Assembly: GCA_964016885.1 (NCBI GenBank)
Contig: OZ024743.1
Span: forward strand, 125,488,001-125,552,000
Source: Eledone cirrhosa
Lineage: Eukaryota
Reading direction: 5' to 3'
Length of the DNA stretch: 64,000 bases
The number at the start of each line of letters is the position of its first letter. Position 1 is the stretch's first letter. Below the pieces are notes generated by a model, which did not search any database, was not told where the DNA came from, and saw nothing but the letters and a program-made list of their open reading frames with translations. Below are positions 1 to 14,375 of the stretch, piece by piece. The translations under genes were made by a program, and so were the position numbers.

Positions 1-188
1 TTATATTTTACTGAAATTTTATTCTTGTCCTCCTCCTCTTTCAATCTTTTCTATATTTCATCTACCTGTCACTCACCTTGTGGATTGTCTCTCTGTTGAC
101 CACTGGCCACTGGTCTCTATCCTCTGAGGCATTTTTGCTAATCACTGTCTTTGACAGCATTTAGTTGTTTTAACAGCTGTTTTAGCGA

Positions 189-1258
189 TCTAAAACAAAG
201 AATGTCTGTCTGTCTGTCTGTCTGACTCCCTAATACTCAAGAACCACCCAAACGATTTTTTTCAAACTTTACACATGTAATACTTATGGTCCTGTGAGTG
301 TTTTGAGCAAAAGATATTTCGAATTTTCAATGCCCTAGGGACCGCATTAGGCGATTTAGCGATCTCTCTCTATAATTCTTAGTCTGTCTTTTTAGATAGA
401 TACATAGATATAACGTTGCACCCTTATAATATCTGTCTGTATGTCTGGCTGTCTGCATTACGACATTATGACGTCGCTATCTGTGTGTGTGTATATATGT
501 ATATATAGCATGTGTGTAAATATATATAGTGTGTAACGTTTTTCGAAATATTTACTTCTACGTTCACACATTGATTATTTTAGTTTCAGAAGATCCCATT
601 AAAGGTGTAAGCAGCGATTCTTTGCTTAAACTTTATATATGATGCCTGTGTGAGATGCGTGATGCTGCATGGTAGTGAGACATGGGCAGCAACTGCAGAG
701 CATATGCGACGGCTGGAGAGAAATGAAGCAAGTATGCTCTGTTGGATGTGCAATGTCAATGTGCGTGAACGACCAAGCATAGACGAGTTGAGAAAGAAAC
801 TGGGTATAAGAGGGATAAGTTGTGGTGTGCAGGAGAGAAGACTGAGATGGTATGGACATGTGATGCGCATGGAGGATGACCGCTGGGTAAAGTAGTCCCA
901 AGAAATCCCAGTAGAAGGAAGACGCAGTAGAGGTAGACCATGAAAAACTAGGGCGGAGGTGGTGAGAGCAGACCTCAGATCGCTGTAACTCACGGAGGAA
1001 ATGACGAAGGACCATGACAAGTGGAGAGATGCTGTGCTAAATAGGACCCGTCCAACCCTTGCAAGCAGGGAAAGCGGACGTAAAATGATGATGATGATGA
1101 TGATGATAATTATATATTCGTGGACAGATATTTTTGCATACACAATAACAAAATATAAACAAGCGTATTTATTTAACGAAGCTTGATAAGGATAAATATA
1201 TATCAAATATATAAGAGCTCTAGAGCAAATCCCGAGCAACGCCGGGCCATTCTGCAAG
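189..1258 (+). mobile_element. Non-autonomous Helitron (family A), interrupted by an RTE fragment
   Basis: 5' TC with (TGTC)n near the start; 3' hairpin CCCGAGCAACGCCGGG then CAAG|T (decayed CTAG); homologous to 6763-7384 on the opposite strand. Confidence 0.8.
636..1106 (+). mobile_element. RTE LINE 3' fragment
   Basis: MLHGSETWA...RRLRWYGHVMRM; ends in a (GAT)n tail; closely matches 8706-9167. Confidence 0.9.
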
Positions 1259-2532
1259 TATGTATTAAAATTTTTTTTAATAGGTTCATAATTACATATA
1301 TATATATGTGTGTGTGAGAGGGACCATCATCATTATCACCACCATTATTTTTCTTTTGTTTTTTTTTCATGTTGGCATGAGTAGGATGAAACTTTTGGTG
1401 GGTAGATTTCTATGGTCAGATATTCTTCTTGACACCAAATTTTGGTTATTGTTGTTGTTGCTTTCTTCTTAAATAAGGTACTAATCTTTGGATGTCAAAC
1501 TGCTAAGATGGTTGACTTTTGTTTATGTGGGACAAACATCACCAATAGATAGATAGAGAGGCAGACAGATGATAAAGTTCATAGTTATAAGCTAAAATGG
1601 AGAGGAAATGTACCAGAATTGCAACTTGATAAGAAACTGGCTGGTGGATAATGCTTAATACATAAGTTTTGTATGTATGTGTTTTGTAAGTCACCCATAA
1701 AATAGCCAGGCTTTTGGCAACGTGTTGATACACATTATACTAATCCTAGTTTACAAAGATTAGAAGTAATTGGCTTTAAATAATTATGAGACCAGCCACT
1801 GAATAATTATTTTCTTTTCTAAAATCAGATCATTGTTTGTTTATAACACTGACACATTGATTGGATATCAGTAAAAGTGATTATTTATTAATTTGTTTTC
1901 TGGCAAAGTTTACTGTAACAAAACTGGACCTGCTACTATAGGTAAGAAATCAGCAAGTTTTATCATCTTGCACCTTAAAAAGCCCAATTGTTCACAAAAT
2001 CTATATATCTTTTTTTCTTTATCTGGTTTCAGTCTGACTGAAACCATGCTAGGATACCACATTTAGTCAATTATATTGACCCCCAGTGTATGTTTTTTTA
2101 ATGTATGGTACTTATTACATTGACCTCTATTTGTCACACTTTTAAGTTACAATACATAAACAAACAGCACTGGCTGCTAAGCTGTGTAGACGTACACACA
2201 CACACACAAGCACCCACATTAACTTGTGTATTAAGCAACTAAAATATTTGATGAATATATATTTGTAAATATACAGCACAGTATTAATTGAGATTGCATG
2301 AATGTATATCTAAATATACTCATTGAACATATAGTCATGTATCATATCAAATTGATGTATTTGCTTGTAAATGAAAAATATGATAAACATCCTTAATCAA
2401 TGTTCAACCCTTATTAGGTCACATCAAAGGAAATCTATATCAGCAATAAACCACAAAGATATACATATCTGATGGCCTTATAATGCCTACCAAATTTAGT
2501 AACCATGAAATGGAGGTACTAATTTGGATATT

Positions 2533-2794
2533 TGAAATGAGTAAAACTAGCTGTCAAGTTTAACCCATCCTGAGAGAAGCAACCATCTATAAGACTGTCT
2601 TAATCAGAAGTCATTTACTGTCGACAAAAGGCATATTAAATAGCATAATCATAAATGTTGGTGGGGTGAGGTCGCTGTCATGTGATTGTGTGTTTTGTCA
2701 GATACGCAGGTATTTTAAGAGGTGTCTGGGATGTTCCATTATGTTGGGAGAATGGATGTTTAGGGAGAAAATCTTTTGAATTCAGCACATCACG
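2533..2794 (-). repeat. 3' LTR of the Gypsy element
   Basis: Aligns with 10059-10403; minus-strand ends CG(decayed TG)TGATG...TTTCA. Confidence 0.8.
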
Positions 2795-3544
2795 TCCTCC
2801 TGTGGTTTTGAAGTTTATTCCCCTGGCACAATTGTCTTTCTTTTATTCATTTGGACCTTTATAGCTGAATAGCTGCTTGAGCAGATGAAGTTTGTTCTTA
2901 ATTTCCATCAGTTTCAGCTATTTTCTCTGTTTCCTGTATTATGGGTGAATCGGTGGAATCTTCAACTATCGGACTTTTGGAATGCAAATTATTTTTCATT
3001 TGAATTGCTGAACTGCCACTTGGGCCAGGACTTTTGACAGATGGTTTGAATAGATAAACTTCACCTTGATTTTCTTCTGTTGGTACATCGAAACATATTT
3101 GATCATGTCTTCTGTGTTCACCTCCATCTTCTACATCCAAAATTTTCACCATCCGATTACCAATCTCCTCCAATATGATATGAACTTCTAATGATGCAAT
3201 GGATTGGAGGTTTGAACATAAGATATGATTTTTCAACAATTTTGTTGGACTTTCGAATTGTTGCATGAACAGCATTTCGGTATTGAAGCAGAACATTTTG
3301 TATCCACTATATTTTACAAACAAAAGTTATACAATGATGGAAATATTAAAAAAAGATAAAAACAAAATTAAGTAAAGAAAAAGAGGAAGGGGTAAAGAAG
3401 GGCAGATCTGGCTGAATAGGAAAGTAAAGGAAAGGACTATAAATTCTATAAATGAGAGGAAAAGGAGGGAAAGAACAACGACTTTTAGTAAATGGAAGAA
3501 AGAGAGAGGTGATAGACTCTAAACCTAGGTCGAGGTGGTGTTTT

Positions 3545-3825
3545 AGCTGTGCCCTGCAGACAAAACTGCATTTCTGCAGACAATGGCCAGAAATACCTGA
3601 TGCAACGGTCACCCCCACCTCAGATGGCCTGCTGACATTTCAATTTTACAGAGGAGCTTGACTGTATGGGGTCTGGGGATGCCTGAGGTCTCAATGGTGA
3701 CTGGTGCAAAGAGGAATTGGCTGGACAAGCCCCAGTATTTGCTTGTCTTCCTGTCTTCTGCATTGAGGGCTGCAGTTCCAGGGTTTGTGGCCAAAGCGAT
3801 TAAGTTGGAAGCAGAGAACATGTCA
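3545..3825 (-). pseudogene. C-terminal restriction-like endonuclease remnant of a CRE/R2-type non-LTR element
   Basis: AALNAEDRKTSKYWGL..FAPVTIETSG followed by ISLAIVCRNA resembles the AAxxAExxKxxKY...FxPxxxETxG...QRGN motif. Confidence 0.6.
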
Positions 3826-3879
3826 CATCCCAGATGAGAGATTTACCTCCTTCAAATGGAAAGAGGGTAATTCCGTCAA

Positions 3880-6530
3880 TTTTTTAAAACTTGAAATTGG
3901 TAATTTTCATAACTTTGATTGCAGTCTTCAGTGTTACTATGAAATTCTTCACTTTTCCATTATGTCTTGGATTATGTAGAGCAGTAAAGAGATGTTGACA
4001 CTCAATAGTCTTCAACCAGTAAGTAATGCACAAGGTGGCAAAATGAGTTCCATTGTTAGTAACTAAAGCAAGTGGAACTCCCTCGTGACTGAATGTCTTC
4101 TGCAACGCAAGCATTGTGAATTCAACATTTGGTGTTTTTGTGAGATAGATTTCTAGCCATTGGGAATAGGTATCACTCATCATGATCGCATAATATTGCT
4201 GGAGAAATGGACTACAATAGTCAGCATGAACACATTACTAAGGTTGGTTATGGTTTCCACTCTGAATTCTTAGTTTTACCACTTTGGCATGTTGAGCAAC
4301 TTTATGCAATTTGTAGTATATCAGCATTGATCTCTGGCCACCATACTGTCTGATGGGACAACGATTTCATCTTCTCAACACCAAGATGACAGGAATGAAG
4401 ATCTTCAAGTACTGGTTTACACAGTATAGGTGGAACAGTAATGCAATTATTCAGGTAAAGTATAACACCAGGTATTACCAAATCTCTTCTCTTTGAAATT
4501 TCTTCATTATTCAGAAGTTCCAACTTGTTTTCAAAGCTTTCATAATGCTACCATAGCATTTTTAGGTTTCACAACAAAGATCTCAAACTCTTGTTGTGGA
4601 GGATCTATATTTGAATATCATGGTAAAAAAATCAGCATGGGATATATTTTTGCCATTTCTATGAATGATATTATATTTGTAAGCTCTGAGCACAACAGCC
4701 CATCTTTGCAGAACCATGACACTCAAACTCTTTACCAATCAATGACTTATCAAGACTGAAAACAAACATAAGAACCTTATGGTTGGTAGTAGTGGTAAAC
4801 TGAATGTTAAACAGAAACTGATGTAATCGCGTTACAGCCTAGTGTACAGCACCTTGAGTATCATTTGAGCGGACCCTTTTTGTGGCTGATGTCAGACACC
4901 AAGATATACACATTACTGGATCCTCATTTTGTTCTACGACTGCACTGATACCAGGTTCAGATACCAGGTCCATTATGATATTTCTCTTAGCTTTCATGGG
5001 AAACGACTTAACCATGGTATTGGAGGCCAAAAATGAAAGTTCTTGTAGACTTGTCTCTTGTTCAATCTTCCATTGGGATTTCATCAAGGATTGCAGTTGA
5101 AATAATGGGTTTACTTTGCTTGAAAAATTAGGAATGTAACATCATTATCATCATCATCACCATTTAACGTCCATTATTCCACGCTGGCATGGGTTAAACG
5201 AGTTATCGTGTTGTGAGCAATGTTAGCTCAAGTGACCATGCCTTGCTCATACAAAACCAATTTGAACTTTGTTTGTAAAGCTGAATGTCCTTCCTAGTGC
5301 CAACCTTATTTACAGTGATTACAGGGTGCTTTTTGTTGTGACACCTACATGACCACTTTACAGTGTGGGCTGGGTGCTTTTTGCCGAGTTGCCATCATGA
5401 CCACTTTACAAAAAACGTCCAGCCCACACTGTAAAGTAGCCATGATGGTATTTTATAGCTCCAAGAACTGATCACAATGCCACAAAATTACAAGGAGATT
5501 TTGCTTGCAACAAGGGTTTCATACAGGAAGCATCCAGTCGAATTCCATGACCTTGCACAGCATAGCCAAGAATACTGACTTCTATCTTCATGAATTGGCA
5601 CTTAGATGCATTTATTTGGACATTCTTTTCTTTGAATCACCTGAGGCACCCTTTTCAACATGCTTCATGGCTTCACTTATCCTTGGAAAAGACATGTCAT
5701 CTTAGTAAGAAATGACACATAGAGTACCTTTTATGGTATCATTGATTACCTTCTGAAATATTGATGGTGATGCTGATAATCCGAACGGTAAGACATTGAA
5801 CAGAATAACCCAAAAGGGGTATTTACGGTTGTCAGCTGGCTTGATTCCCTCTCCAACAACAGCAGCAGGAGTGCATTCTTCAAGTCTATAGTTGAGAATA
5901 TTGTGGATGAATTCATTTTATTTAATATATCTTTTGGCCCCTCTGTTGTACACCTGTAATTCTGTAAAACCGTAACAGTGATTCTGTAATCACCACAGAT
6001 CCCAGGAGTCACACTATCATGCTTAATTGGTGTCACAATCGGTGTTGCCCATTGAGATGCATTTACAGGGTTTAGAATGCCTTGCTCAACCATCTTGTAT
6101 AATACATGTCTCTCAAACCATTTGAAATCATGCGCCTTTTTATAAATATAGGTTCTCTGGCTACATAAAGGTGGATTTTAGGAATTTTCATGCCACTGTT
6201 GGATTTTGAACAGTGATCTATGAGCTCTTGAATGTCAGAAATGTATTGAGTGGAAAAGAATAAATAAATATTCAAGACTTTCATGGAGTCGAGGCCAAGA
6301 ATTGAGTAGTCAGATACGGATACTTGAAAGTGACAACTTTGCAACTGGTTATTAAAGTTATAAATAGGAATGTTACTCTATCCTACCAGCTCCATGTTGT
6401 GCCCAATCACACCAAAAATGCTGGCAACAGCTGAACGTATTTCTGCTTGAGGGTAAAACCTTTTGACGAAATTCAGGCTTATCAGTGATTCTATGCTACC
6501 CATGTCAATGATGAAATCATGAGTTCTATT
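3880..6530 (-). pseudogene. Gypsy pol remnants (protease, RT, RNase H, integrase)
   Basis: FIIDMGS (decayed DTG); SQWATPIV..ICGDYR..FSTIDLKNA..TPFGLF; Y*DD near 5700; LHSCHLGVEKMK..WWPEIN; TNNGTHF; many stops and frameshifts. Confidence 0.85.
5144..5450 (-). mobile_element. RTE 3'UTR-derived insertion with a terminal inversion
   Basis: (CAT)n tail; matches the 3'UTR at 62700-62943; CTTTACAGTGTGGGCTGG / CCAGCCCACACTGTAAAG inverted pair. Confidence 0.7.
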
Positions 6531-6762
6531 TGTACTTGACTTGAACATCTGCACAATATATCTTGAGCCTGTTGGTGCTAAAGAGATTCACTAGGGCAAT
6601 TTTTTTAGACCTTAAAAATCTTTAGTTTTTAAACCTTATTTTTAGTCCTTAAAATTTTTTTAGAACTTATATAGACCTAAAGATATTAATTTTAACTCCT
6701 GCTCTTTATTATTCATTTTTAAAAAATCAACATCAAATTACAAAATCAAAATTATTTACATA

Positions 6763-6908
6763 CTAGCAGAATGGCCCGGCGTTGTTTGGGATTTGTTCTA
6801 GGGTTCTTATATATTTGATATATATTTATCCTTACCGAGCCTCGTGAAATAAATACGTTTGTTTATATTTTGTTACTGTGTATGCAAAACTATCTGTACA
6901 CGAATATA

Positions 6909-6944
<36 letters not shown>

Positions 6945-7384
6945 TAACAGATTAAAGTTTAAGCAAAGAATCGCTGCTTTCACCCTTAACAGGATCTTCT
7001 GAAACTAAAAAAATCAATCAGTGAACGCAGACGTAAATATTTCGAAAAACGTTACACACTATATATATACACACTATATATATCCACACTATATATACGT
7101 ATATATACACACACACACACACAGCGTCATAATGTTGTAATGCAGACATACAGACAGATATTATAAGGGTGTGATGTTGTAGCTGTGTATCTATCTAAAA
7201 AGAGACAGACTAAGAATTATAGAAGGAGATCGCCTAATCCATTTGAAATTTTCTTTGCTCAAAACACTCACAGGACCATAAGTATTACATGTGTAAAGTT
7301 TGAAAACAATCGGTTGGGTGGTTCTCGAGTTTTAGGGAGTCAGACAGACAGACGTACAGCCATTCTCTGTTTTAGATATATAGA
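6763..7384 (-). mobile_element. Non-autonomous Helitron (family A), intact termini
   Basis: Minus strand reads A|TCTATATATCTAAAAC... then a GC hairpin ending GCCGGG, then CCATTCTGCTAG|T. Confidence 0.85.
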
Positions 7385-7780
7385 TTACCATTGCTGCAAT
7401 ATAAAATTTTATGTTCTCAGAAAAAACCCCCAAAAACTCTGTCTTTAGTTAGTATTTTACCGAGCATTGAAAAACTACGCTCAACATTAACTGATGTAGT
7501 TTGACATTTAAACAAGAGACTGTAGTCCATTGGAGATATTGATAGGTTTTCCATTCGGTAAATTGATCCTAGATCATTTTCTTGCAGCCTAGAACTCAGA
7601 TACTTTTTTATTTGGCACGGATTTGGGGCAAAATTCTAATCAGTAAGACTTTTAAATGTTTCCTCAACTGAATATTGTGAATTCTCTAATTTTTTTTATT
7701 AAATCCTACTGTGGCAAACTCACTTCTATTGTTTGCAAATTTACACATGGTTTGCTTTTTCCATAATAATTCCTCCATCA

Positions 7781-9167
7781 ACGATTCCATTAGATGAGAT
7801 GCAGTTTGGTTTTGTGCCTGGGAAGAGTACAACAGATGCCCTATTCTTGGTGAGACAATTGCAAGAGAGGTTCTTAGAGAAAAATAAGCCACTATACTTA
7901 GCCTTTGTTGACCTAGAGAAGGCCTTTGATAGGGTACCCCGATCTGTCATCTGGTGGTCCCTAAGGAAACTAGGTGTTGAGCAATGGCTTGTGAGGACAG
8001 TGCAAACTTTGTACAGAGGTACTCTCAGTAAAGTCAGGGTAGGAATGGAGTTTAGTGAGGAATTCCAGATACAAGTAGGAGTACATCAAGGTTCGGTCCT
8101 CAGCCCGCTCTTGTTCATTATAGTCCTCCAAGCCATAACAGAGGAGTTTAAGACTGGCTGTCCATGGGAACTTCTCTATGCTGACGATCTGGTTCTTATA
8201 GCAGAATCAGTAGAGGAGCTAGAGAATAAATTCTGGCTTTGGAAACAGCAGTTGGAAGCAAGAGGACTGAGAGTGAACCTAGCTAAGACAAAAGTGTTGA
8301 TGAGTAGAAAAGAGGACAAAACTCTGATTCCGTCAAGGAAATGGCCATCTTCAATATGCAGAAAAGGAACTGGCATAAATTCTATAAAATGCACACAATG
8401 CAGATCCTGGGTACACAAGAGATGTAACGGGATAGCAGGCTAACTAACAGGTAGGGAGAAATATGTATGCCATAGATGTACAGGGAAATTAGACAGTAGA
8501 AGTCGCATTGATAGACACATTTTTCAGATGCAGGAGGGTGCTATAGAAGTGGTGGATAGCTTCCGGTACCTAGGAGATCAGATTAGCATGGGAGGAGGGT
8601 GTTCCAGGGCCATAGTATCTAGAATAAGGACAGGTTGGAAGAAGTTTAGGGAGCTGCTTCCTCTGCTAACGAAGAAGGGTTTCTCCCTGCACACGAAAGG
8701 CTGGTTGTATGATGCCTGTGTGAGGAGCGCGATGCTGCATGGTAGTGAGACATGGGCAGCAACTGCAGAGGATATGCGACAGCTGGAGAGAAATGAGGCA
8801 AGCATGCTCCGTTGGATGTGCAGTGTAAATGTGCGTGAACGACCCAACATGAATATGTTGAGAGAGAAACTGTATCTGAGAGGATAGAATGTAGTGTACG
8901 GGAGAGGAGACTGAGGTGGTATGGACATGTGATGTGCATGGAGGATAACTGATGGGTGAAGAAGTGCCAGGAAATGCCAGCTGAAGGAAGACGTGGTAGA
9001 CCACGAAAAACATGGGCAGAGGTGGTGAGAACAGACCTCAGATCGTTGAAGCTCACGGTGGAGATGACGAAGGACCGTGACGAGTGGAGAGATGCTGTGC
9101 TGAATAAGACCCGTCCCACCCTTGCGAGCAGTGAAGAGCAGACATAAAATGATGATGATGATGATGA
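7781..9167 (+). mobile_element. 5'-truncated RTE LINE (RT domain and C-terminus), decayed
   Basis: QFGF, FVDLEKAFDRV, GVHQGSVLSPLLF, LLYADD, FRYLG; in-frame stop at 8441; (GAT)n tail. Confidence 0.95.
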
Positions 9168-9278
9168 TATATAAATATTTACATAATGTAATTGTATTTT
9201 TGTACCCCTTTTTTTCCTCATTTTTTCCTTCCTTTTCTCACTCTTTTCTTTCTATTTATCTTCTATTTCTAACTCTAT

Positions 9279-9313
9279 CTTCTGATGACGGACTTGTGTC
9301 CGAAACGTTAAGG
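9279..9313 (+). ncRNA. Minimal type-I hammerhead ribozyme motif (Penelope-type)
   Basis: CTT-CTGATGA-C-GGAC(TTGT)GTCC-GAAA-CG-TTA-AGG; downstream tail shared with the copies at 46640 and 35118. Confidence 0.75.
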
Positions 9314-10058
9314 CTCTCTTCCTGCTAATTCAAGCATTACATACTAATATATTTTTTCATTGTACTGTGTAGTTTGCTTTGTTATTTGTTTACTTTTTAT
9401 GTGTGTGTATGTATGAATGTATATATAGGTTGTGGTTTTCAACCTATACTAGATTTATGTCTCCATTTAATTTCTCCTAGGGACTTTGGCTGTAAAACTG
9501 ACCACCATTCTCTTCCCATCAATGGCACCATTATATTGACCATAAGCATATATGTGTGTGTGCATAACTATATAAAAAAAATAGCACATATATGTATGTA
9601 TATATATATACACACATATACTCACACACACACATATATGTGTGTGTGTACGCGTGTAACTATTAACATTGTTTTGGGTTTTATTGCTTGTAGATTCTGC
9701 CCAATGCCAACCAAATTCCCCTGGGAAACTGAACTGGCAGCAGTATTCATGTGTGTGTGTGTGTGTGTGTATGTGCATGTATAAATATATAACATTTAGT
9801 TAAACTCTATCCCCACTGGTTCTAGTTTTCATCAGTAACATTTCTTTTGATTTCTACCCAAAAGTCAAAACAATTCATGCAGTCCTGAACTTCTTCTGCA
9901 GACAAGGAAATGTCTAAGAATTCAATCTTTATGTTCATTTGAAGGGTTGTAGATATAGTTGTGGGACTAAGGAATTATTGAGAACAGTGGTAGAAAGATT
10001 GATGAAGGTTGAACTCTTGAATTTCTCTAGTGATTCTTGATCTTATCTTGTCACCAGT

Positions 10059-10403
10059 TGAAGTGAGTAAAACTAGCTGTCAAGTTAAGCCCATCTTGAG
10101 AGAAGTGGCCACCAATATGAATGTCTGTGCCAGAAGTCATTTACTGTAGACAAAAGGTGTATTAAATAGCATAACCATAGATGGGGAGGGGGTGAGGTTG
10201 CAGTCATGTGACTGTGTATTTGTTAGACATGCAGGTGTTTTAAGAAGTGTCTGGGATGTTCCATTATGTAGTGAGAATGGATGTGGGGAAAGGGCGGCAC
10301 TCTATGGGTATGTGATAAATATGATAATTGAATGAGGTGGATTAAATATTAAATTCTGAGTAAAATATGTGTCCAGAAAGTGTTTCAAATTCAGCACATC
10401 ACA
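10059..10403 (-). repeat. 5' LTR of the Gypsy element
   Basis: TG...CA on the minus strand, followed by PBS-like TGGTGAC; homologous to 2533-2794. Confidence 0.8.
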
Positions 10404-10625
10404 ATATTATTAGTGATTGTGTTTGTAGTTAATGTTAGTAAATATTAAATTGTGCACTAAGCAACCAAAATATATGATGAATATACATCTTATGCAGTTT
10501 CTTCCTTTGAAGGAGATTGACAATTAACTACTGAAAGGACAAACTTTTCTATAAGGGACAGATGAGGCAGTGAATGGTTGTAATATATATATAATTTGGT
10601 TCAGTATATACTTGCTGCAAATATA

Positions 10626-11520
10626 CGAAGTGTGTTAGAACAGAAACAAGACTGGAGTCGCAAAAATATATATTTCAAATCCAAACTACAAACTAAAAGT
10701 TTTCTTTTTCGAAATAATCCCCCTCGAGTCTAATGCACTTCCCCATCCTTCTCTGCCATACCTCCATGCACTCTTGAAGGATTCTCCTGGGATTCTCTGC
10801 AACTCTGTCATCAGGGCTCCCTTGATGGCTTCCTCATCCAGAAAAGGGTCCCCTTGATGACCATCTTGAGTTTGTGGAAAAGGAAAAAGTCTGGTTCTGT
10901 TTGAAGATGAGGATGTCCTGACACACTTGCATGCACCACTCATTCTGGTCATAGTTCAGCAGCTTCAGCACTATCTTCATGCAGATCTTCTGCTTGCCCA
11001 AATCTTCAGTAATAATCTTCTAAAAGCTGTTGCAGTTCACTTGCGATCAGTCAAAGAGTCAGCCAATGATCGCCATGCACCACCTGCCTCACACGCTCAA
11101 CGTTGGCCTCAGTCATGCTTGTTGAAGTCTTTTTGCTCCTGTCAGGAGGAGGGGGGGGGTCATCTTCCATGTCCTTGCATGCCTCTTTGAACCTTTTATA
11201 TCACTAAAAAATCCATGAGCATGACATCGCCGCATCTCCGTACACTTGATGCAGTATTCTGAGTGCATCTGATGGAGTTTTCCCCAACTGAAGCAGAAGC
11301 TTCAAGTTGGTTCATTGCTCTGTGCCCATCACTGGATAACCTAAAACTGAGGAACAGTTAACAAAAGCACATGAAAAAACATACATTGGCTGCAGATAGC
11401 TGAGATCGCAGTTATATACTCCCCGAATATTACATTACACAGTGATACAACCTGCTAACCCTTATCCCTCTCATAGCTCACACAGCACACTAGGTCCTAT
11501 TACTTTTCTGATATACCTCG
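10626..11520 (-). mobile_element. Internally deleted mariner (Tc1/mariner) transposon
   Basis: TA-flanked imperfect TIRs CGAAGTGTGTTAGAACAG / CTTTTCTGATATACCTCG; N-terminal LGKTPSDALRILHQVYGDAAMS and C-terminal EAIKGALMTELQRIP remnants. Confidence 0.85.
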
Positions 11521-14375
11521 TATATCGCATACAGTCGAAACGTTTTTTTTTCCTTCATGTTAGGAATGGCATCCAGGAATAGAGACAATGCCAAAAAAGA
11601 GTTGAGGGGTTACTTCAGTTGTGTCAGCTACCCAACAAGCTTTCTAATGCTGGTGCCATGATAAAACACACTCAGTACACTCTGTAAAGTGGTTGTTGAT
11701 AGGAAAGGTTTCCAGCCATAGAAAATTTACCAAACAAATAGATAGGAGAACTTTTGAGTTGTTACAAAGACAGGGCAACCTCCCTAAAAGTGCTGAAGCA
11801 TATTGCATGTAAGTGATGTGTGGCCCCCAGCTCATCATAGTTGCCAGTAGCTCTGACTAAGTACTGACTTGGTTTGTGACAACCAAGCCAACCTTTACTA
11901 GTGTGGAAAACAGTCGTTAAATGATGATGATTATAAGACTCATTTGACAATAACCTACAAACTATACTATAAAGTTAACAAAATATATTTACACTGTTGA
12001 CTGAAATGCCATGACTTCAAAACCTGCTGCATGAAGTAGGATGCATATTATCTCATTGTTTCAGTCTTTCTTACAGAAAATAGGCTCACATTTGGGTAGT
12101 TCATGTTAGATAGGGCATCAACAACACGACAATAAACATTTTAAGACCATTTATCCTGCTAAAACCGAGGGTAACCTTGCAAACTTCATGACAGGTCTCA
12201 CACTCATCATCAGGTCCTTTTTGAAGTAACGTTTTATGGTCAGGTAATCTTCCTAGCACCAACCCTTTTAGATACTTATGACATGCATAGATATGGTGTG
12301 CCTATTCTAAACTAGATACACACAGCATAACCAGAGCTTCCAGCATCTCTTTTTTTCTTTTAATGAATGTATGTGGTGAGTTGTTAGAATGTCAGATAGA
12401 ATGCTTTATGGTTTTCATTTCGGCTCTCTGCTCTTGGCATTCAAATCCCACCGAGGTCAACTTTGCCTTTCATCCTTTCGAGGTTGTTAAAAAAGTACCA
12501 GTCTAGTACTGGGGTCAAATTCTTCCTCTATATCTCTCTCTCTCTCTCATTTTCTCTCTTTCACTTTCTATCTTTCTCTGAAAGAAATCTGCTGTACTCA
12601 GGTCTGAAGAGGGATGGGCTCCGCCAGGCTTAAAAAATGCCCAAGAAACGGTGTATGTCAACACCGCCCCACCCCCTACACACACACACACACACACACA
12701 AGACTATATCAGGAGTTATGGGACCATACATACATATGTGAGATGACCAGCTTCAGCAGATATCTTGAGATCAATATGCTAAGTTATAGCTTATTTGGTA
12801 TGGAGAGAACAGAGAATATAACACCCTTATAAAATCATAATTGAGCAGTGCAGCAGAGATTGTTGCTATAGAAATCAACTGAGAAGTTTAACTGATTAAG
12901 AACTACATGGTCAGAGACGAAGTGGTTGCGACAGATTTACCAGATCTCCTATAACAAATCATTAGATGAAATCAATGATTATTGTTAACTGCAGTGCACA
13001 AAACAACCGTGCCATATATTAGAGTGAAAAAAATAATGGCAAGTCTGTAAAAAAAATATATATATATATTTATATTGAATCAATTTTGGAATAGTGGTGT
13101 GGTTGAAATAATACAGATTTTATGAATAACCTTGGTTCATAGCAGAACCTAAATTCAGCATTGCAAGTTAATAAAATACTTGTTAATTGTACAGCATATC
13201 AACAGCTTAACTTTTAATGTCCTACATAAAATTGTATTAGCAATACATTCTTGAAAAATACAAAACAGCATTATGACTGCATCATATAAAAATTGAGGTC
13301 TTTACTGTAATATTGCAAAATTTCAGCATAGTCTGTCCAGCAGTAAATATACTATACAGATTTGAATTAACCAACCTATTTTAAAATATTTTCTTCCAAA
13401 TCATTAAGAGTTTAATAATAGTTGAAGCAAAATGGTTAAATGGATAAGGTACTGTTCCTAAATCATAAGTTTAAATGCACTGAAGCCATTTCTGTCCATA
13501 TACAAAATACCCCAGTAAAATGTATTCATTGATGATCATCCTAAGGATGCTTTTCATCATTATCTTATATCACTGATAATCTATTTGTTAAATATATTGA
13601 ATAAGTTTAGTGAATCCATGCTTTAATTCAAAATATTAATGGCAACTTGCTGTATATAATGCATACATGCTTCCCTACTACTTCATTACAACAGAATTGC
13701 ACATGCAAGTAGTTAAAATTTCACAACAATCTCTTCTATATGGGAAAATGGCAATGATATTATAGGAAAAGAAAGCTAATATATGGGTGATGAATTAGCT
13801 GAATCATTAAAACAATGACCAAAATGCCTTAGGGTACATAGTTAGAGCCCTGTACATCCTGAATTGTTGTTGTTTCTTTTTAAAATAATATATTTATCAA
13901 GTATTGGGGTTCAGTTTAATTGACATATTGCTATCCCCAAATTTGAAGCCCTGTTATAATATCAGAAAACAATATTTAGAAAAGCATCAAAACTGATAAA
14001 AATTTCTTTATATTTGAATTCAGACTTTAGGAGACTTATCAAATATACTGATCAATATATGATCAATATCTATATGATTACTATTTAAGATATGTGATTT
14101 CAGTGTAGCTCAGGGGTTCAAAACCTTTTCACTACCAAACACCCTCATTTTTTATATGAATCTTCTCTCAGAACCCCTACTACAGTCCCCTACCCTTCCA
14201 GTGTATTATTCAGCAAGAATAACAAAAAAAGAGAAATATTGATACTTAGAGGAGAATTGTTATCCAGTAACATGTACATATATTTTTAACTCAATACTTT
14301 GACCTTAGGAACCTCTGTTCTAGCTATATAAGGCATGCTAGGTAGCTATGCATCATTTGAGAATCAGAATACAGC

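Larger units (their letters stand above)
2533..10403 (-). mobile_element. Degraded Ty3/Gypsy LTR retrotransposon with nested insertions
   Basis: Two homologous LTRs; identical 5-bp flanks ATATT (2528-2532 and 10404-10408); PBS-like TGGTGAC after the 5' LTR; purine tract CAGGAGGA before the 3' LTR; pol remnants in PR-RT-RH-INT order. Confidence 0.8.

Noticed and set aside
586-1257. 223-aa minus-strand ORF (also 8646-9221, 32565-33086, 34057-34608)
   Set aside because: Antisense shadows of RTE sequence.
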